From: an uncultured Chloroflexia bacterium
GTDB lineage: Bacteria > Chloroflexota > Limnocylindria > Limnocylindrales > CSP1-4
Direction of reading: 5' to 3'
NCBI GenBank assembly: GCA_963720755.1
Contig: CAVRGP010000015.1
Location: 320,001 to 384,000 of the forward strand
DNA: 64,000 nucleotides
Positions within the stretch are counted from its first letter, which is position 1; every line of letters begins with the position of its first letter. A model generated the notes under the pieces. That model saw nothing but the letters and a program-made list of their open reading frames with translations. It was not told where the DNA came from and searched no databases. Made by a program: the position numbers and the translations under genes. Below, piece by piece: positions 47,756 through 58,073 of this stretch.

Positions 47756-48721
47756 ATGGCCCTGCCGCTCGTCGAGGTCGTCCACATCGGCTCGGCGTGT
47801 CGTGACATCGCTCCCGACGACCCGCGAGGCTGGCGGCTCGGCGGCGGTGTCACCTACGCGTCCCTGACGACGGCACGGCTCGGGCTGCGTACTGCGGCGA
47901 TCGTCGGCGTCGACGCGACTGCCGCCACGGCGACCGAATTCGACCAGCTTCGACGGGCCGGTGTCGATCTCATGCTCGTGCCGCTGTCGGAGGGGCCGAT
48001 CTTCGAGAATCGGGAGACCGGGGTAGGTCGGGTCCAGACGTCCGTGCGGACGGGCGTGCCGCTGCCGGTACCCGCTATCCCCGAGTCCTGGCTGTCGGCA
48101 CCCGGTTGGTCGATCGTGCCGGTCGCCGGAGAGGTGAGCGACGACTGGGCGATACGTATCCCGATGGGTGCCTACGTGGCGGTCGCCTGGCAGGGGTTCC
48201 TCCGTCGTCTCGTCGCCGGTGAACGGGTCGAACGCCGGGAACCATCCGCCTCCGCCATCCTCCGACGCGCCGATCTCGTGGGTGTCAGCCATCACGACGT
48301 GCCCGTCGGGACGCCGGTCCCGTCGCTTGTCGGTCTCCTCCATCCAGGGGCGTCGCTCCTCGTCACACAGGGGAGCGACGGCGGTGTGCTCGTCCATGTC
48401 GAGGCAGACGGGTCGACCCGAACGTTGCGCTATCTGCCGACGGCGTCGTCCGGTGAGGCGGATCCGACCGGGGCAGGCGACACATTCCTGGCCGCACTCC
48501 AGGCCTCGGTCCTGCGTCCCGCCATCGTCGGACGACGCCGACCGCGACACCAGCTTGACCTTCGGTTCGCCGCGGCAGCCGGATCGCTCGTGGTCGAGGG
48601 GACTGGGCTCGACGGCGTTCCGGAACGTCCGGCCGTGCTCGTCCGACGCGCCCGGGAGCGGATCCGCCGCGCGGTCCTCCCGGCCGAGGTCAGCCAGGTG
48701 GGGGTAGACGGACCGCGCTGA
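47756..48721 (+). CDS. PfkB family carbohydrate kinase
   Basis: LGGGVTY, VTQGSDG, DPTGAGDTF. Confidence 0.88.
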   Translation: MALPLVEVVHIGSACRDIAPDDPRGWRLGGGVTYASLTTARLGLRTAAIVGVDATAATATEFDQLRRAGVDLMLVPLSEGPIFENRETGVGRVQTSVRTGVPLPVPAIPESWLSAPGWSIVPVAGEVSDDWAIRIPMGAYVAVAWQGFLRRLVAGERVERREPSASAILRRADLVGVSHHDVPVGTPVPSLVGLLHPGASLLVTQGSDGGVLVHVEADGSTRTLRYLPTASSGEADPTGAGDTFLAALQASVLRPAIVGRRRPRHQLDLRFAAAAGSLVVEGTGLDGVPERPAVLVRRARERIRRAVLPAEVSQVGVDGPR

Positions 48722-50165
48722 TCGGAACCCGGACGGCCCGTCGGACCTCGCCGCGGTGACGCTCGGCGCGGGCAGCGACAATTCGCCGGAGCCGATGGGC
48801 GCGGGCGAGGAGATCTTCCTCGAGACGCGGTTCAGGCCGGCCCAGCCGGCGCCGTCGTTCGACCCGAGCCAGGCCATCCGTCGTCGCCCGGAGTGCGCCG
48901 TCCGGGTCGCGCAGACGGTGTTCCCGGATCTTGGCAAGTTCGATCGCGGCGAGGAGCGCCGTTCGACCCGGGCCCGCGGCGAGCATCGCCCAGGCGTCAC
49001 CCGCCTCGTCCCAGCGACGCAGCCGTCGAAGGAGGTGGGCACGCTCGACCGCGATCCGCTCCATCGTCCAGGGAACGGCGAAGGCGGCTGATCTGATGGA
49101 CGGCCCGGCATCGGGTGCCGGTCGCGATGGCCCACCGAAGTCGGCGGGCACCGTGACCGACCACCAGGGTACGTCTCCGGGCGAACCGGGTCCGTCACGC
49201 AGCCCGTGCGGGATCTGGTCCGTGGTCGGACGGGGCGTCGCTGCCGAGTCGTAGCACGCGAGCGCATCGTCCAGCCGGCCCACCTGGACGTAGGCGCGGG
49301 CCAGCCCGCCCAGGTCCCCGACGGGAACTGCCTGCCGCGCTGCAGTCGTCCCGTACCCGTCGGCCAGCAGGACGAGCAATCGGGCCAACGACCGCACGTC
49401 CTGGTCGTTGTGGCGCACGACGTCCACGAGCGGCTCGGCCGGTCCGCCACGCAGGAACCCGAGGTATCGGCCTGGGATCTGCGACCCGTCGATGTCCTCA
49501 TGCCGATGGAGCCCGAGCAAGCCGGCCTCGGCGGTGCGGAGGCGTGCGTCCTCCAGCCGGTGACGGAAGAGACGGCGGACGACCGGCAACAGGTCGAGAT
49601 GACCGCCGTGCTTCGGTGGATCGCGGCGATCCATCCGGTATCGGGCGACAAGGAGCGGCCAGTCGAACCCGCGGCCGTTATAGGTCACGAGCCAGCTGTC
49701 GGCCGGGATGGACTGCTCCAGGGCGGTGAGCAACGCCGACTCGTCGGCGTGATCGGGCAACACGAGCTGGACCTGGTGGAATCGATCGTCCCGCCACCAG
49801 CCGAGGCCGATGAGGAAGGCCACCGTCCCGGCCGCGGTCGCGAGACCGGTGGTCTCCGTGTCGAGGCACACCAGCGGGACGTCCGGCGGTGGCTGACCGG
49901 GGAGGTTGGCGAGGCGATCCCGGTCGAGCCGGATGGTCCGCGCTTCGGACGTACAGCGAACGTAACGCCCGCACCTCGATCCGACGACCTCCCCATCGAG
50001 CACTCGAGCGAGCCGTCGGGCGAGTTCATCGCGCCGGATCGGGAGATGCGGGAGTTCGACCTGTCGAGCCGCATCGGTCGGTGATCGGCCGGGTCCATGG
50101 GTCGCCGTGCGGTAGCGCTCGAGACGCCGAGCGAGGCTTGCCTGGTCCGCGATGGATACGGTCAT
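48690..50165 (-). CDS. mrfB: RNase H-like DEDD exonuclease with TPR-like C-terminus (YprB/MrfB family)
   Basis: LDTETTGL, YNGRGFD, HLDLL, HNDQDV; ATGA-coupled to the helicase. Confidence 0.82.
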   Translation of the reverse strand: MTVSIADQASLARRLERYRTATHGPGRSPTDAARQVELPHLPIRRDELARRLARVLDGEVVGSRCGRYVRCTSEARTIRLDRDRLANLPGQPPPDVPLVCLDTETTGLATAAGTVAFLIGLGWWRDDRFHQVQLVLPDHADESALLTALEQSIPADSWLVTYNGRGFDWPLLVARYRMDRRDPPKHGGHLDLLPVVRRLFRHRLEDARLRTAEAGLLGLHRHEDIDGSQIPGRYLGFLRGGPAEPLVDVVRHNDQDVRSLARLLVLLADGYGTTAARQAVPVGDLGGLARAYVQVGRLDDALACYDSAATPRPTTDQIPHGLRDGPGSPGDVPWWSVTVPADFGGPSRPAPDAGPSIRSAAFAVPWTMERIAVERAHLLRRLRRWDEAGDAWAMLAAGPGRTALLAAIELAKIREHRLRDPDGALRATTDGLARVERRRRLGRPEPRLEEDLLARAHRLRRIVAARAERHRGEVRRAVRVPISAVRLPPPG

Positions 50166-52474
50166 CGGCTCGCCCCCGTCGATGATGCCGGCACCGCCGC
50201 CCCGAGTTCGGCGAGCAGGCGGAGCGCCAGGCCACGCGCGTCGATGTCCGGCTCGAGTCGTGGCCCCGTGCAGGCCGGACACCCTGCGTCGCAGTCGCAT
50301 GAAGCGATCAGGGCGGCGGCGGCCGTCACCAGGTCGGCATGTCGCTCCCATAGCCGTTCAGCCAGGCCGATACCCCCAGGGACCGCTTCATAGAGGTAGA
50401 TGGTCGGTCGTTCCGAGTGCGGCGATCGGACCTGGCTGACCAGGCCGAGGTCACGTGGATCGACCATCAGCAGCACACTGGCGATCGTCTGGATCGCGCG
50501 ACCTGCGCCGATCAGGGCGACGTCGAGATCACGCCGTGCCCATCGGTCGCGGGCCTCATCGGCGGTCAGCCAATATGCGGTCGTCTGGAGTTCGATCTCC
50601 GGCAGATGGATCCGGCCCCAGCCAAGGTTCTCGTTGGTGACGAACTTCAGCTTCTTGTAGATCGTGGCGAGGCTGGCGACCATGACCTCTCCGTGGAGGC
50701 GTCGCCCGCCGGTCACCGCCGACTCGGCGAAGACCTCGAGAGGCTTGAGGGTGACGGCTCGGTCCGCCTGCGTGTAGTGGTCGACATCCACCCGCCTGAC
50801 ATAGGCCTTCCGCTCGTCCCAATCAAGCCGATCGACGTGGAACTGGACGGATTCATGCAGGTAGATCGCGTCCTCGTGGACGAGCGTCTGGGCAGCGAAC
50901 AGGTCGACCTCGCCGATGACCCGGGGGCGGTCCGGCGTCGTGTCGATGATGACGACGTTCTCCTGGGCGGCCGTTCGCAGGGAGATCTCAGAAGCAGGGA
51001 AGTTCTCGCTCGACCAGTACCAGCGGCCGTCATCAGCCTGCCGGACGTGCCCGTCCTCGGCCAGGAATGCGAGGAGGTCATCCGCCGGCCCCGGACCGAA
51101 CGACTCGCCGGCTTCGAATGGCAACTCGAAGGTCGCGGCTCGGAGATGGGCGAGCAGCACGTGGAGGTTATCCGGATCGAGCCGGGCTTCCTCTGGCGAG
51201 CCTTCGAGGAGGAAGTCCGGATGGTGGACGATGTACTGGTCGATCGGAGCGCCGGACGCGACCAGTACGGCGACACTCGTCCCGCCTCGCCGGCCGGCAC
51301 GCCCAAATCGCTGCCAGGTGGCCGCGATCGAGCCGGGATAGCCTGTGACGACGGCCACATCGAGCTGACCGATATCGACCCCGAGTTCGAGGGCGTTCGT
51401 GGCCACGACCCCGAGGATCTCCCCGTCGCGCAGACCGCGCTCGATGGCCCGCCGCTCCGTCGGCAGATAGCCGCCCCGATATCCGCGGACTCGATGGCGT
51501 GGCCCGCGGTGTTCCCGGAGCGCCTCCCGGATCCCGGTGAGCAAGAGCTCGACGGCGACCCTGGAGCGTCCGAAGACGATCGTCTGGCGTCCGGCTCGCA
51601 GGAACGGCAGGGCCCAACGTTGGGCGAGCGTGACCGATGAACCGCGAGCGCCCGTCGCCGGGTCCAGGACCGGGGGATCGACCAGGACCAGGTGGCGCTC
51701 GCCGGCCGGGGCACCGGTTCGATCGATGATCGTCACCGGTCGACCGATCAGGCCCTGCGCCAGTTCCGCCGGATTCCCGATCGTCGCGGAGCAGCACACG
51801 ATCACCGGATGGCTGCCGTAGTGCGCACAGATCCGGAGCAGTCGTCGGACCACGTTCGCGACGTGACCCCCGAATACGCCGCGATAGGTGTGGAGTTCGT
51901 CGATGACGATGTAGCGAAGCTGTTCGAACAGCTGGAACCATTTCGTGTGGTGCGGCAGGATCGCCGAATGGAGCATGTCCGGGTTGGTTACGACCACCTG
52001 GCCGGCACTGCGGATGGCGGAACGGATGGGGGCAGGCGTATCTCCGTCGTAGGTCGAGGCTGAGATGGGCAGGCCGCTGGCCGACGCCAGGTCGGCGAAG
52101 CTGGCCACCTGGTCCTGGCCGAGTGCCTTGGTCGGGAACAGCAACAGGGCGCGGGCGGCCGGGTCCTCGGCGATCGCCTGGAGGATCGGAACCGTGTAGC
52201 ACAGGCTCTTGCCCGACGCGGTCGGTGTCACGACGACGACGTCGTGGCCCTGGTGGATCGCCTCGATCGCCTCAGCCTGGTGCAGGTAGGGCTGCTCGAT
52301 CCCCTGACTGGCCAGGCCGGCGACGATGCGGTCATCCAGCCAGGTCGGGAACGGCCGATGGATCGCCGCGCGAGCCGGCAGGATCGAGTGATGGACGACA
52401 CCGCGTGCGAGCGACGGTTCGGCGAGCAGGTCGGCAAGGACCGCGCCGGGCCCGGCAGGAGCGTAGGTGCGCAT
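50162..52474 (-). CDS. mrfA: DEAH helicase with DUF1998 (YprA/MrfA/SftH family)
   Basis: PTASGKS, TNPDMLH, DELH, SAT, QRFGRAGR, YEAVPGGIG, CDCDAGCPAC. Confidence 0.9.
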   Translation of the reverse strand: MRTYAPAGPGAVLADLLAEPSLARGVVHHSILPARAAIHRPFPTWLDDRIVAGLASQGIEQPYLHQAEAIEAIHQGHDVVVVTPTASGKSLCYTVPILQAIAEDPAARALLLFPTKALGQDQVASFADLASASGLPISASTYDGDTPAPIRSAIRSAGQVVVTNPDMLHSAILPHHTKWFQLFEQLRYIVIDELHTYRGVFGGHVANVVRRLLRICAHYGSHPVIVCCSATIGNPAELAQGLIGRPVTIIDRTGAPAGERHLVLVDPPVLDPATGARGSSVTLAQRWALPFLRAGRQTIVFGRSRVAVELLLTGIREALREHRGPRHRVRGYRGGYLPTERRAIERGLRDGEILGVVATNALELGVDIGQLDVAVVTGYPGSIAATWQRFGRAGRRGGTSVAVLVASGAPIDQYIVHHPDFLLEGSPEEARLDPDNLHVLLAHLRAATFELPFEAGESFGPGPADDLLAFLAEDGHVRQADDGRWYWSSENFPASEISLRTAAQENVVIIDTTPDRPRVIGEVDLFAAQTLVHEDAIYLHESVQFHVDRLDWDERKAYVRRVDVDHYTQADRAVTLKPLEVFAESAVTGGRRLHGEVMVASLATIYKKLKFVTNENLGWGRIHLPEIELQTTAYWLTADEARDRWARRDLDVALIGAGRAIQTIASVLLMVDPRDLGLVSQVRSPHSERPTIYLYEAVPGGIGLAERLWERHADLVTAAAALIASCDCDAGCPACTGPRLEPDIDARGLALRLLAELGAAVPASSTGASR

Positions 52475-52490
52475 CGGTAGGCCTCACAAC

Positions 52491-52504
52491 CGAACAGGTG
52501 TTCG
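52491..52504. promoter_or_regulatory. LexA (SOS) box, Gram-positive/Chloroflexota type
   Basis: CGAAC-AGGT-GTTCG, 16 nt upstream of the mrfA ATG and just downstream of the minus-strand extended -10 TGcTAGACT (52515-52523). Confidence 0.8.
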
Positions 52505-52570
52505 AAACCGCCAGAGTCTAGCAGAGCGTTGACGGGTGCCGTGACAGCTCATCTGTCACGCACTGCCGAT

Positions 52571-52599
52571 TTGACACGCCTCCTGGTCGTAGCTACGCT
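52571..52599 (+). promoter_or_regulatory. Sigma70-type promoter of the ftsB-like gene (probably leaderless)
   Basis: TTGACA-17 nt-TACGCT, then 7 nt to ATG 52607. Confidence 0.75.
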
Positions 52600-52606
52600 C
52601 GCGGCA

Positions 52607-53128
52607 ATGGTTCGCCCGACCCGCTCGACGCCGACCGCCGACCCCACCGATCCGCCCGAAACGAGCGAACCGGTGCGCACGTCGTTGATCGGCATGTTCT
52701 CGGGCGGCCGGGTGACGGAACCTGATCTAGCGACCCTGCCGATCGCGGGGATCACCCGGCGCCGGATGGCCATCGTCCTCGGTGCGTTGCTGGCAGCGTG
52801 GATCCTGGTCGTCTTCGCCCGCCAGGTGAGCGAGGCCTCGGCCGCCACCGGCCGGGCGGAGGCGATGGTCGTCGACAACGCGGCCCGCCAGGTCGAGATC
52901 GATGGCATGAAGCGAGAGCTCGCCCAGATCCAGCAACTCCCGTACGTCCTGCAGCAGGCGCGTGCCCACGGCCTCGGCGGGCCACATGAGATCGCATTCA
53001 GCCTGGCGGCCGACGCGCCGTCGCTTCCGCCGGATGCACCGGGGTCGGCATCGGTCAGGCTCGGGGCGCCGGGTGCGGTGAGCCCGCTCGAACGGTGGTT
53101 ATCGGTCCTGTTCGGGTCAGCCGACTGA
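52607..53128 (+). CDS. FtsB/DivIC-like septum formation initiator
   Basis: Single TM, coiled coil, YVLQQARAHGLGGPHE (ARxxG..E pattern). Confidence 0.65.
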   Translation: MVRPTRSTPTADPTDPPETSEPVRTSLIGMFSGGRVTEPDLATLPIAGITRRRMAIVLGALLAAWILVVFARQVSEASAATGRAEAMVVDNAARQVEIDGMKRELAQIQQLPYVLQQARAHGLGGPHEIAFSLAADAPSLPPDAPGSASVRLGAPGAVSPLERWLSVLFGSAD

Positions 53129-53212
53129 TCCACCCGCTGATCAGACGTCCCGATCGGATGGGGCCCGATCAGTTGCCGGAATACGGCGGTCTTCGGTATC
53201 CTCTGCATGCGT

Positions 53213-53287
53213 GGCGGAGTAGCTCAGTGGTAGAGCAGGGGACTCATAAGCCCTTGGTCGGTGGTTCAAATCCGCCCTCCGCTACCA
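53213..53287 (+). tRNA. tRNA with CAT anticodon, probably elongator tRNA-Met (Ile2 not excluded)
   Basis: Cloverleaf GGCGGAG/CTCCGCT, D-arm GCTC/GAGC, loop CTCATAA, TTCAAAT, encoded CCA; paired 1-72 position so not the initiator. Confidence 0.92.
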
Positions 53288-53487
53288 ACCCTGCTTGAAC
53301 GACGGCTCGTCCGCGGGCGGCCGTGTCGAATCCTTTATCTACCGCCGCGCCACCATCCGATCGGGCCTGGCGTCCGTACTCATAGCCGAGACCCATGACC
53401 TCCGTCAGGGGGTGTTCATGACGCTCGACGGTATACTCGCCCCATCCGATGACGTACGGTCATCGCTCGCTCGACCCGGAGGCTCCC

Positions 53488-55392
53488 TTGAATCCCAAGT
53501 TCTTCAGGAATGGCATCGTGATGCTGGTCCTGGTTGTCGGCACGGCTGCGTTGCTGTTCACCTGGATCCAGGGCAGCACGCCGACCAATCCGGTGGGCTA
53601 TTCGCAATTCCTCACCGATGTCCAGAATGGCAAGGTCAAAGAGGTCGTCCAGCAGGGCGAGACGCTGACCGTCACGGTCACCAGCGTCCCATCGACCTAC
53701 ACGGTCGTGGTTCCGAGCGTCCTGACCCAGGTCTACCCGGATATGCTCGTCGCCGCCAAGGCCGGCGGAGTCCAACTCGATTCCGCGGTCTTCAAGGCGG
53801 ACCCGACGCCGGATACATCCTGGCTTGGGCTTGTCCTGACCGGGTTGCTGCCGCTCCTGATCATCGGCGGCTTCATCTTCTTCATGATGCGCCAGGCCCA
53901 GGGCACCAACAATCAGGCGATGTCCTTCGGGAAGAGTCGCGCGCGGATGTTCCTCGGCAACAAGACGGTGGTCACGTTCGGCGACGTCGCGGGCGTGGAT
54001 GAGGCCAAGACCGAGCTCCAGGAAGTCGTCGAATTCCTCAAGTACCCGGAGAAGTTCAACTCTCTGGGGGCCCGGATCCCGCGTGGCGTCCTCCTGGTCG
54101 GACCCCCGGGAACCGGCAAGACGCTGATGGCCCGAGCGGTCGCCGGCGAGGCAGGTGTGCCCTTCTTCAGCATCTCCGGGTCGGAGTTCGTCGAGATGTT
54201 CGTCGGCGTCGGCGCCAGCCGCGTCCGCGATCTGTTCGATCAGGCCAAGCGCAATTCGCCCTGCATCGTCTTCGTCGACGAGATCGATGCCGTCGGTCGG
54301 CAGCGCGGTGCGGGGCTCGGTGGGAGTCACGACGAGCGCGAGCAGACCCTGAACCAGATCCTGGTCGAGATGGACGGGTTCGACACCAACACGAACGTCA
54401 TCGTCGTGGCGGCGACCAACCGGCCGGACGTCCTGGACCCCGCGCTCCTGCGTCCCGGTCGGTTCGACCGCCAGGTCATCCTCGACCGGCCGGACATGAA
54501 GGGCCGGACGGAGATCCTCAGGGTCCACACCAAGGGCAAGCCGCTCGACAAGGGTGTCGACGTGGAAGGCGTCGCACGTCAGTCTCCCGGATTCTCCGGT
54601 GCTGACCTCGCCAACCTCGTCAACGAGGCGGCCATCCTGTCGGCCCGGCGGAACAAGAAAGTCATCGGGATGTCCGAATTCCAGGAAGCGCTGGAGCGGA
54701 TCGTTGCCGGCCCGGAGCGCAAGTCACGGGTCATCTCGGACGCCGAGAAGGCGATCATCGCCTATCACGAAGGCGGCCATGCCGTCGTCCAGCGGATCCT
54801 GCCCAAGTGCGATCCGGTCTCCAAGGTGACGATCATCAGCCGGGGTATGGCGCTCGGCTACACGATGGCGCTGCCCCAGGAAGACCGCTATCTGCAGAGC
54901 AAGACGGAATTCGAGGACAAGATCGCAGGACTGCTCGGCGGCAACGTCGCCGAGAGACTCATCTTCGGGGACACGACGACAGGTGCCAGCAATGACATCG
55001 AGAAAGCCACCGATCTGGCCCGGCGGATGGTCACCGAGTTCGGGATGAGCGACAAACTCGGACCGCTGTCCTTCGGCAAGCGCGACGAGATGGTTTTCCT
55101 CGGGCGGTCGATGGGCGAGCAGCGCGACTACAGCGACGAGGTCGCCCGGACGATCGACGAGGAGGTCCGGGCCATCATCGACAAGGCCTACGAGCGAGCC
55201 ACCGAGGTCCTGACGGTACACCGCGACAAACTCGTGGCGCTGGCTGAGAAGCTCGTTGCCGAGGAGACGGTCGACGCCGAAGGGTTCGAATCGCTCTTCA
55301 GCGACCTGCCGCCGAAGGAAGACGTGCACGGCATCCCGACGATCGTCGGTCCCGGCCAACCGGTCGCGGAGCCGAACCCGCAGCCGGCCTGA
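53488..55392 (+). CDS. ftsH: ATP-dependent zinc metalloprotease FtsH
   Basis: GGAGG plus TTG start; two TMs; [24 protein letters not shown]. Confidence 0.97.
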   Translation: MNPKFFRNGIVMLVLVVGTAALLFTWIQGSTPTNPVGYSQFLTDVQNGKVKEVVQQGETLTVTVTSVPSTYTVVVPSVLTQVYPDMLVAAKAGGVQLDSAVFKADPTPDTSWLGLVLTGLLPLLIIGGFIFFMMRQAQGTNNQAMSFGKSRARMFLGNKTVVTFGDVAGVDEAKTELQEVVEFLKYPEKFNSLGARIPRGVLLVGPPGTGKTLMARAVAGEAGVPFFSISGSEFVEMFVGVGASRVRDLFDQAKRNSPCIVFVDEIDAVGRQRGAGLGGSHDEREQTLNQILVEMDGFDTNTNVIVVAATNRPDVLDPALLRPGRFDRQVILDRPDMKGRTEILRVHTKGKPLDKGVDVEGVARQSPGFSGADLANLVNEAAILSARRNKKVIGMSEFQEALERIVAGPERKSRVISDAEKAIIAYHEGGHAVVQRILPKCDPVSKVTIISRGMALGYTMALPQEDRYLQSKTEFEDKIAGLLGGNVAERLIFGDTTTGASNDIEKATDLARRMVTEFGMSDKLGPLSFGKRDEMVFLGRSMGEQRDYSDEVARTIDEEVRAIIDKAYERATEVLTVHRDKLVALAEKLVAEETVDAEGFESLFSDLPPKEDVHGIPTIVGPGQPVAEPNPQPA

Positions 55393-55449
55393 GGGCACGT
55401 CGGCGGATCGTCCCGTTCCGTCGTCGAGCCGGGTCCGTAGAATGGGTCC

Positions 55450-56835
55450 ATGCCCGACAATGACGCCGCCATCGAAACGCACCTGGAGGCGACCCGCGAC
55501 GCTCGCCTCGAGTCCTACAAGTCGTTCCTGAGGATCCCGAGCGTCTCGGTCCTGCCGGCGCATGCGGGTGACTGTCGGGCGGCGGCCGTCTGGCTGGCCA
55601 CGGCCCTTGCGGAGGCCGGCCTCGACCATGCCGAGGTCCTCGAGACCGGCGGCCACCCGATCGTGTACGCCGACTGGCTGCACGCGCCCGACGCACCGAC
55701 GGTCCTGATCTATGGGCACTATGACGTCCAGCCGGTCGACCCACTCGAGCTGTGGACGTCCCCGCCGTTCGAGCCGGTGGTCGTGGATGATCGGATCCTG
55801 GCGCGTGGTGCGGCCGACGACAAGGGGCAGATCCACGCCCACCTGATGGCCGCCAAGGCGATCCTCGCGACTCGCGGCGCCTTCCCGGTCAACGTTCGAT
55901 ACGTGTTCGAGGGAGAGGAGGAGTCGAGCTCCGTCCATCTCGACGCGTGGCTCCGAGACCAGCGAGAGCGGCTCCGGGCCGACGTCGCGATCATCAGCGA
56001 CTCGGGCTTCTTCGACGGCAACCTGCCGGCGATCACCCTGAGCCTTCGGGGCATCATGTATGCCCAGATCGACGTGGTCGGGACCGCCGTGGATCTTCAT
56101 TCCGGGAGCTACGGTGGGGCGGTCCAGAACCCGGCCAACGCCCTCGCCCAGGTCCTCGCTGCCCTCAAGGGCCCGGATGGTCGGATCCGGATCCCCGGCT
56201 TCTACGACGATGTCGTGCCCTTGACCGAAGCCGAACGTTCGGCCCTCGCCGACCTTCCGTTCGACGAGGCTGCCTATCAGGCGACGCTGGATCTGCCGGC
56301 CCTCGTCGGCGAGGTCGGCTATACGACCCTGGAACGTCGCGGGACCCGACCCACGCTCGACATCAACGGCCTGTGGGGTGGCTTCCAGGACGAAGGCGCG
56401 AAGACGATCATCCCGGCACACGCCCACGCGAAGGTGAGTTGTCGGTTGGTGGCCGCACAGGACCCGGATGCGATCTTCGAGGCCTTCGAGCGGTACGTGG
56501 AGGCCATCGCACCGCCCGGGGTGCGGACGACCGTCCAGTACCTCGGTGGTGGGTCCGCCAGCCTGATGCCGATGGATCATCCAGCCACCCAGGCGGCCGC
56601 GCGGGCGCTCGAGGCGACCTTCGGTCGAGCACCGGTCTATATCCGCGAAGGGGGCTCGATCCCGGTCAGTGCCAGCTTCGGCACGATCCTTGGCCTCCCG
56701 GTCGTCCTCCTCGGCATCACCCAGCCCGAAGACAACGCCCACGCGCCCAACGAATGGATGGACCTCGCCAACTACGAAACGGGGATCCGGGCGTTCGCCC
56801 GGATGTTCGATGAGCTCGTCGACCTGCCACGTTGA
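55450..56835 (+). CDS. M20/M25/M40 dipeptidase
   Basis: YGHYDVQP, RGAADDKG, EGEEE, DLHSG, GGSIP, HAPNE. Confidence 0.9.
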   Translation: MPDNDAAIETHLEATRDARLESYKSFLRIPSVSVLPAHAGDCRAAAVWLATALAEAGLDHAEVLETGGHPIVYADWLHAPDAPTVLIYGHYDVQPVDPLELWTSPPFEPVVVDDRILARGAADDKGQIHAHLMAAKAILATRGAFPVNVRYVFEGEEESSSVHLDAWLRDQRERLRADVAIISDSGFFDGNLPAITLSLRGIMYAQIDVVGTAVDLHSGSYGGAVQNPANALAQVLAALKGPDGRIRIPGFYDDVVPLTEAERSALADLPFDEAAYQATLDLPALVGEVGYTTLERRGTRPTLDINGLWGGFQDEGAKTIIPAHAHAKVSCRLVAAQDPDAIFEAFERYVEAIAPPGVRTTVQYLGGGSASLMPMDHPATQAAARALEATFGRAPVYIREGGSIPVSASFGTILGLPVVLLGITQPEDNAHAPNEWMDLANYETGIRAFARMFDELVDLPR

Positions 56836-56953
56836 CCGGGTTGGACCGAACCCGATCGAGGGCTGTGCAGATTTGTAGGGTTCGGGCGAGTGTTTCGAGG
56901 TCGTCCTGGTGCTACCCTACGTCGACCGTCACCATCGGGGAGGAATCGATCCC

Positions 56954-58030
56954 TTGAGCACAGACGCTCCCGAAACACCCGGCGTCCAGACTGCCTGGCG
57001 CCTCGACACCGCCAACGGCAGTCTCGCGCCCAAGTCGGCCCTGGACGTCCTGGTGGATCTGAATGACAAGGTCACCAGCGGTCAGGTCAGCGAATATCAA
57101 CCCGTCCCGCTCGGCTTCACGCCGCTCGACAAGACCATCGGCTCGGGCCTCCGGGCCGGCGAACTGCTGCTGATCGGCGGTGCCCAGGGCACCGGCAAGA
57201 CGACGATGGCGCTCCAGATGGCGCGGAACGTCGCCTCGGGCGGACAGGCCAACGTGCTGTACGTCTGCTTCGAGCACGATGAGCAGTACCTGCTCAACCG
57301 CCTCATCGCGATGGAGTCGGCACTGGCGCATCTGCCCCACAAGACGGGCGCGATCAAGATCCAGGACGTCCGCAAGGAGATCCTCGGGACCTGGATGGCG
57401 GAGGGCGAGGCGAACGCCCAGATGGCCAACAACCCGCGCCTCCGGCCGTCGATGGACCGGATCGCCAGGTACGGCCAGAACCTGTTCCTGATGCGCGGCT
57501 CGCAGACCGCCAGCACGATCGACAACCTCCGCAAGCTCGTCCAGTCGCACCGGGAGTTGTCAGGGGATCGACGTCTCGTCGTCTTCGTGGACTACCTCCA
57601 GAAGGTGCCGCAGATCCCTGAACCAGAGAACGAGACGGAGAAGGTCACCTACCTCGTCAACGGGCTCAAGGACATCGCCCTGTCCGAGGATGTCCCGATG
57701 GTCTGCATCGTCGCCGCGGATAAGGAGGGCCTGAAGGCATCGCGCCTGCGGAACTTCCACCTGCGTGGCTCGTCGGCGATCAACTACGAGGCCGACATCA
57801 TCCTGATCCTGAACGAGAAGTACCACATCGTCGCCAAGGTGAACATCGAGTTCAACCCGTACCAGGCGCAGCGGTTCCGGGACTGGGTGGTCATCTCGGT
57901 CGAGAAGAACCGCGGCGGCCAGGACAACGTCGACATCGAATTCGAGAAACACTTCGAGTTCAGCTGCTTCGATCCGAACGGTCGGACCGTCCAGGAGAAG
58001 CTCATCGAGGAGCGGCTCTACAACGACTAG
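56954..58030 (+). CDS. DnaB-like C-terminal (RecA-fold) ATPase lacking the DnaB N-terminal domain
   Basis: GGAGG plus TTG; GFTPLD, GAQGTGKT, FE, VDYLQ, LRGSSAINYEAD, EKNRGG. Confidence 0.82.
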   Translation: MSTDAPETPGVQTAWRLDTANGSLAPKSALDVLVDLNDKVTSGQVSEYQPVPLGFTPLDKTIGSGLRAGELLLIGGAQGTGKTTMALQMARNVASGGQANVLYVCFEHDEQYLLNRLIAMESALAHLPHKTGAIKIQDVRKEILGTWMAEGEANAQMANNPRLRPSMDRIARYGQNLFLMRGSQTASTIDNLRKLVQSHRELSGDRRLVVFVDYLQKVPQIPEPENETEKVTYLVNGLKDIALSEDVPMVCIVAADKEGLKASRLRNFHLRGSSAINYEADIILILNEKYHIVAKVNIEFNPYQAQRFRDWVVISVEKNRGGQDNVDIEFEKHFEFSCFDPNGRTVQEKLIEERLYND

Positions 58031-58073
58031 TCCGATGCCGCGTCACTTCGCCCGACCGGGATAGACTGCGCTC

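Noticed and set aside
50162-52474. DUF1998 helicase as a DISARM/Druantia defence component
   Set aside because: No drmA, methylase or other defence genes nearby; the YprB partner and LexA box point to DNA repair.
53288-53487. Integrated element at the tRNA 3' end
   Set aside because: No integrase and no duplicated tRNA 3' end seen; ftsH follows directly.
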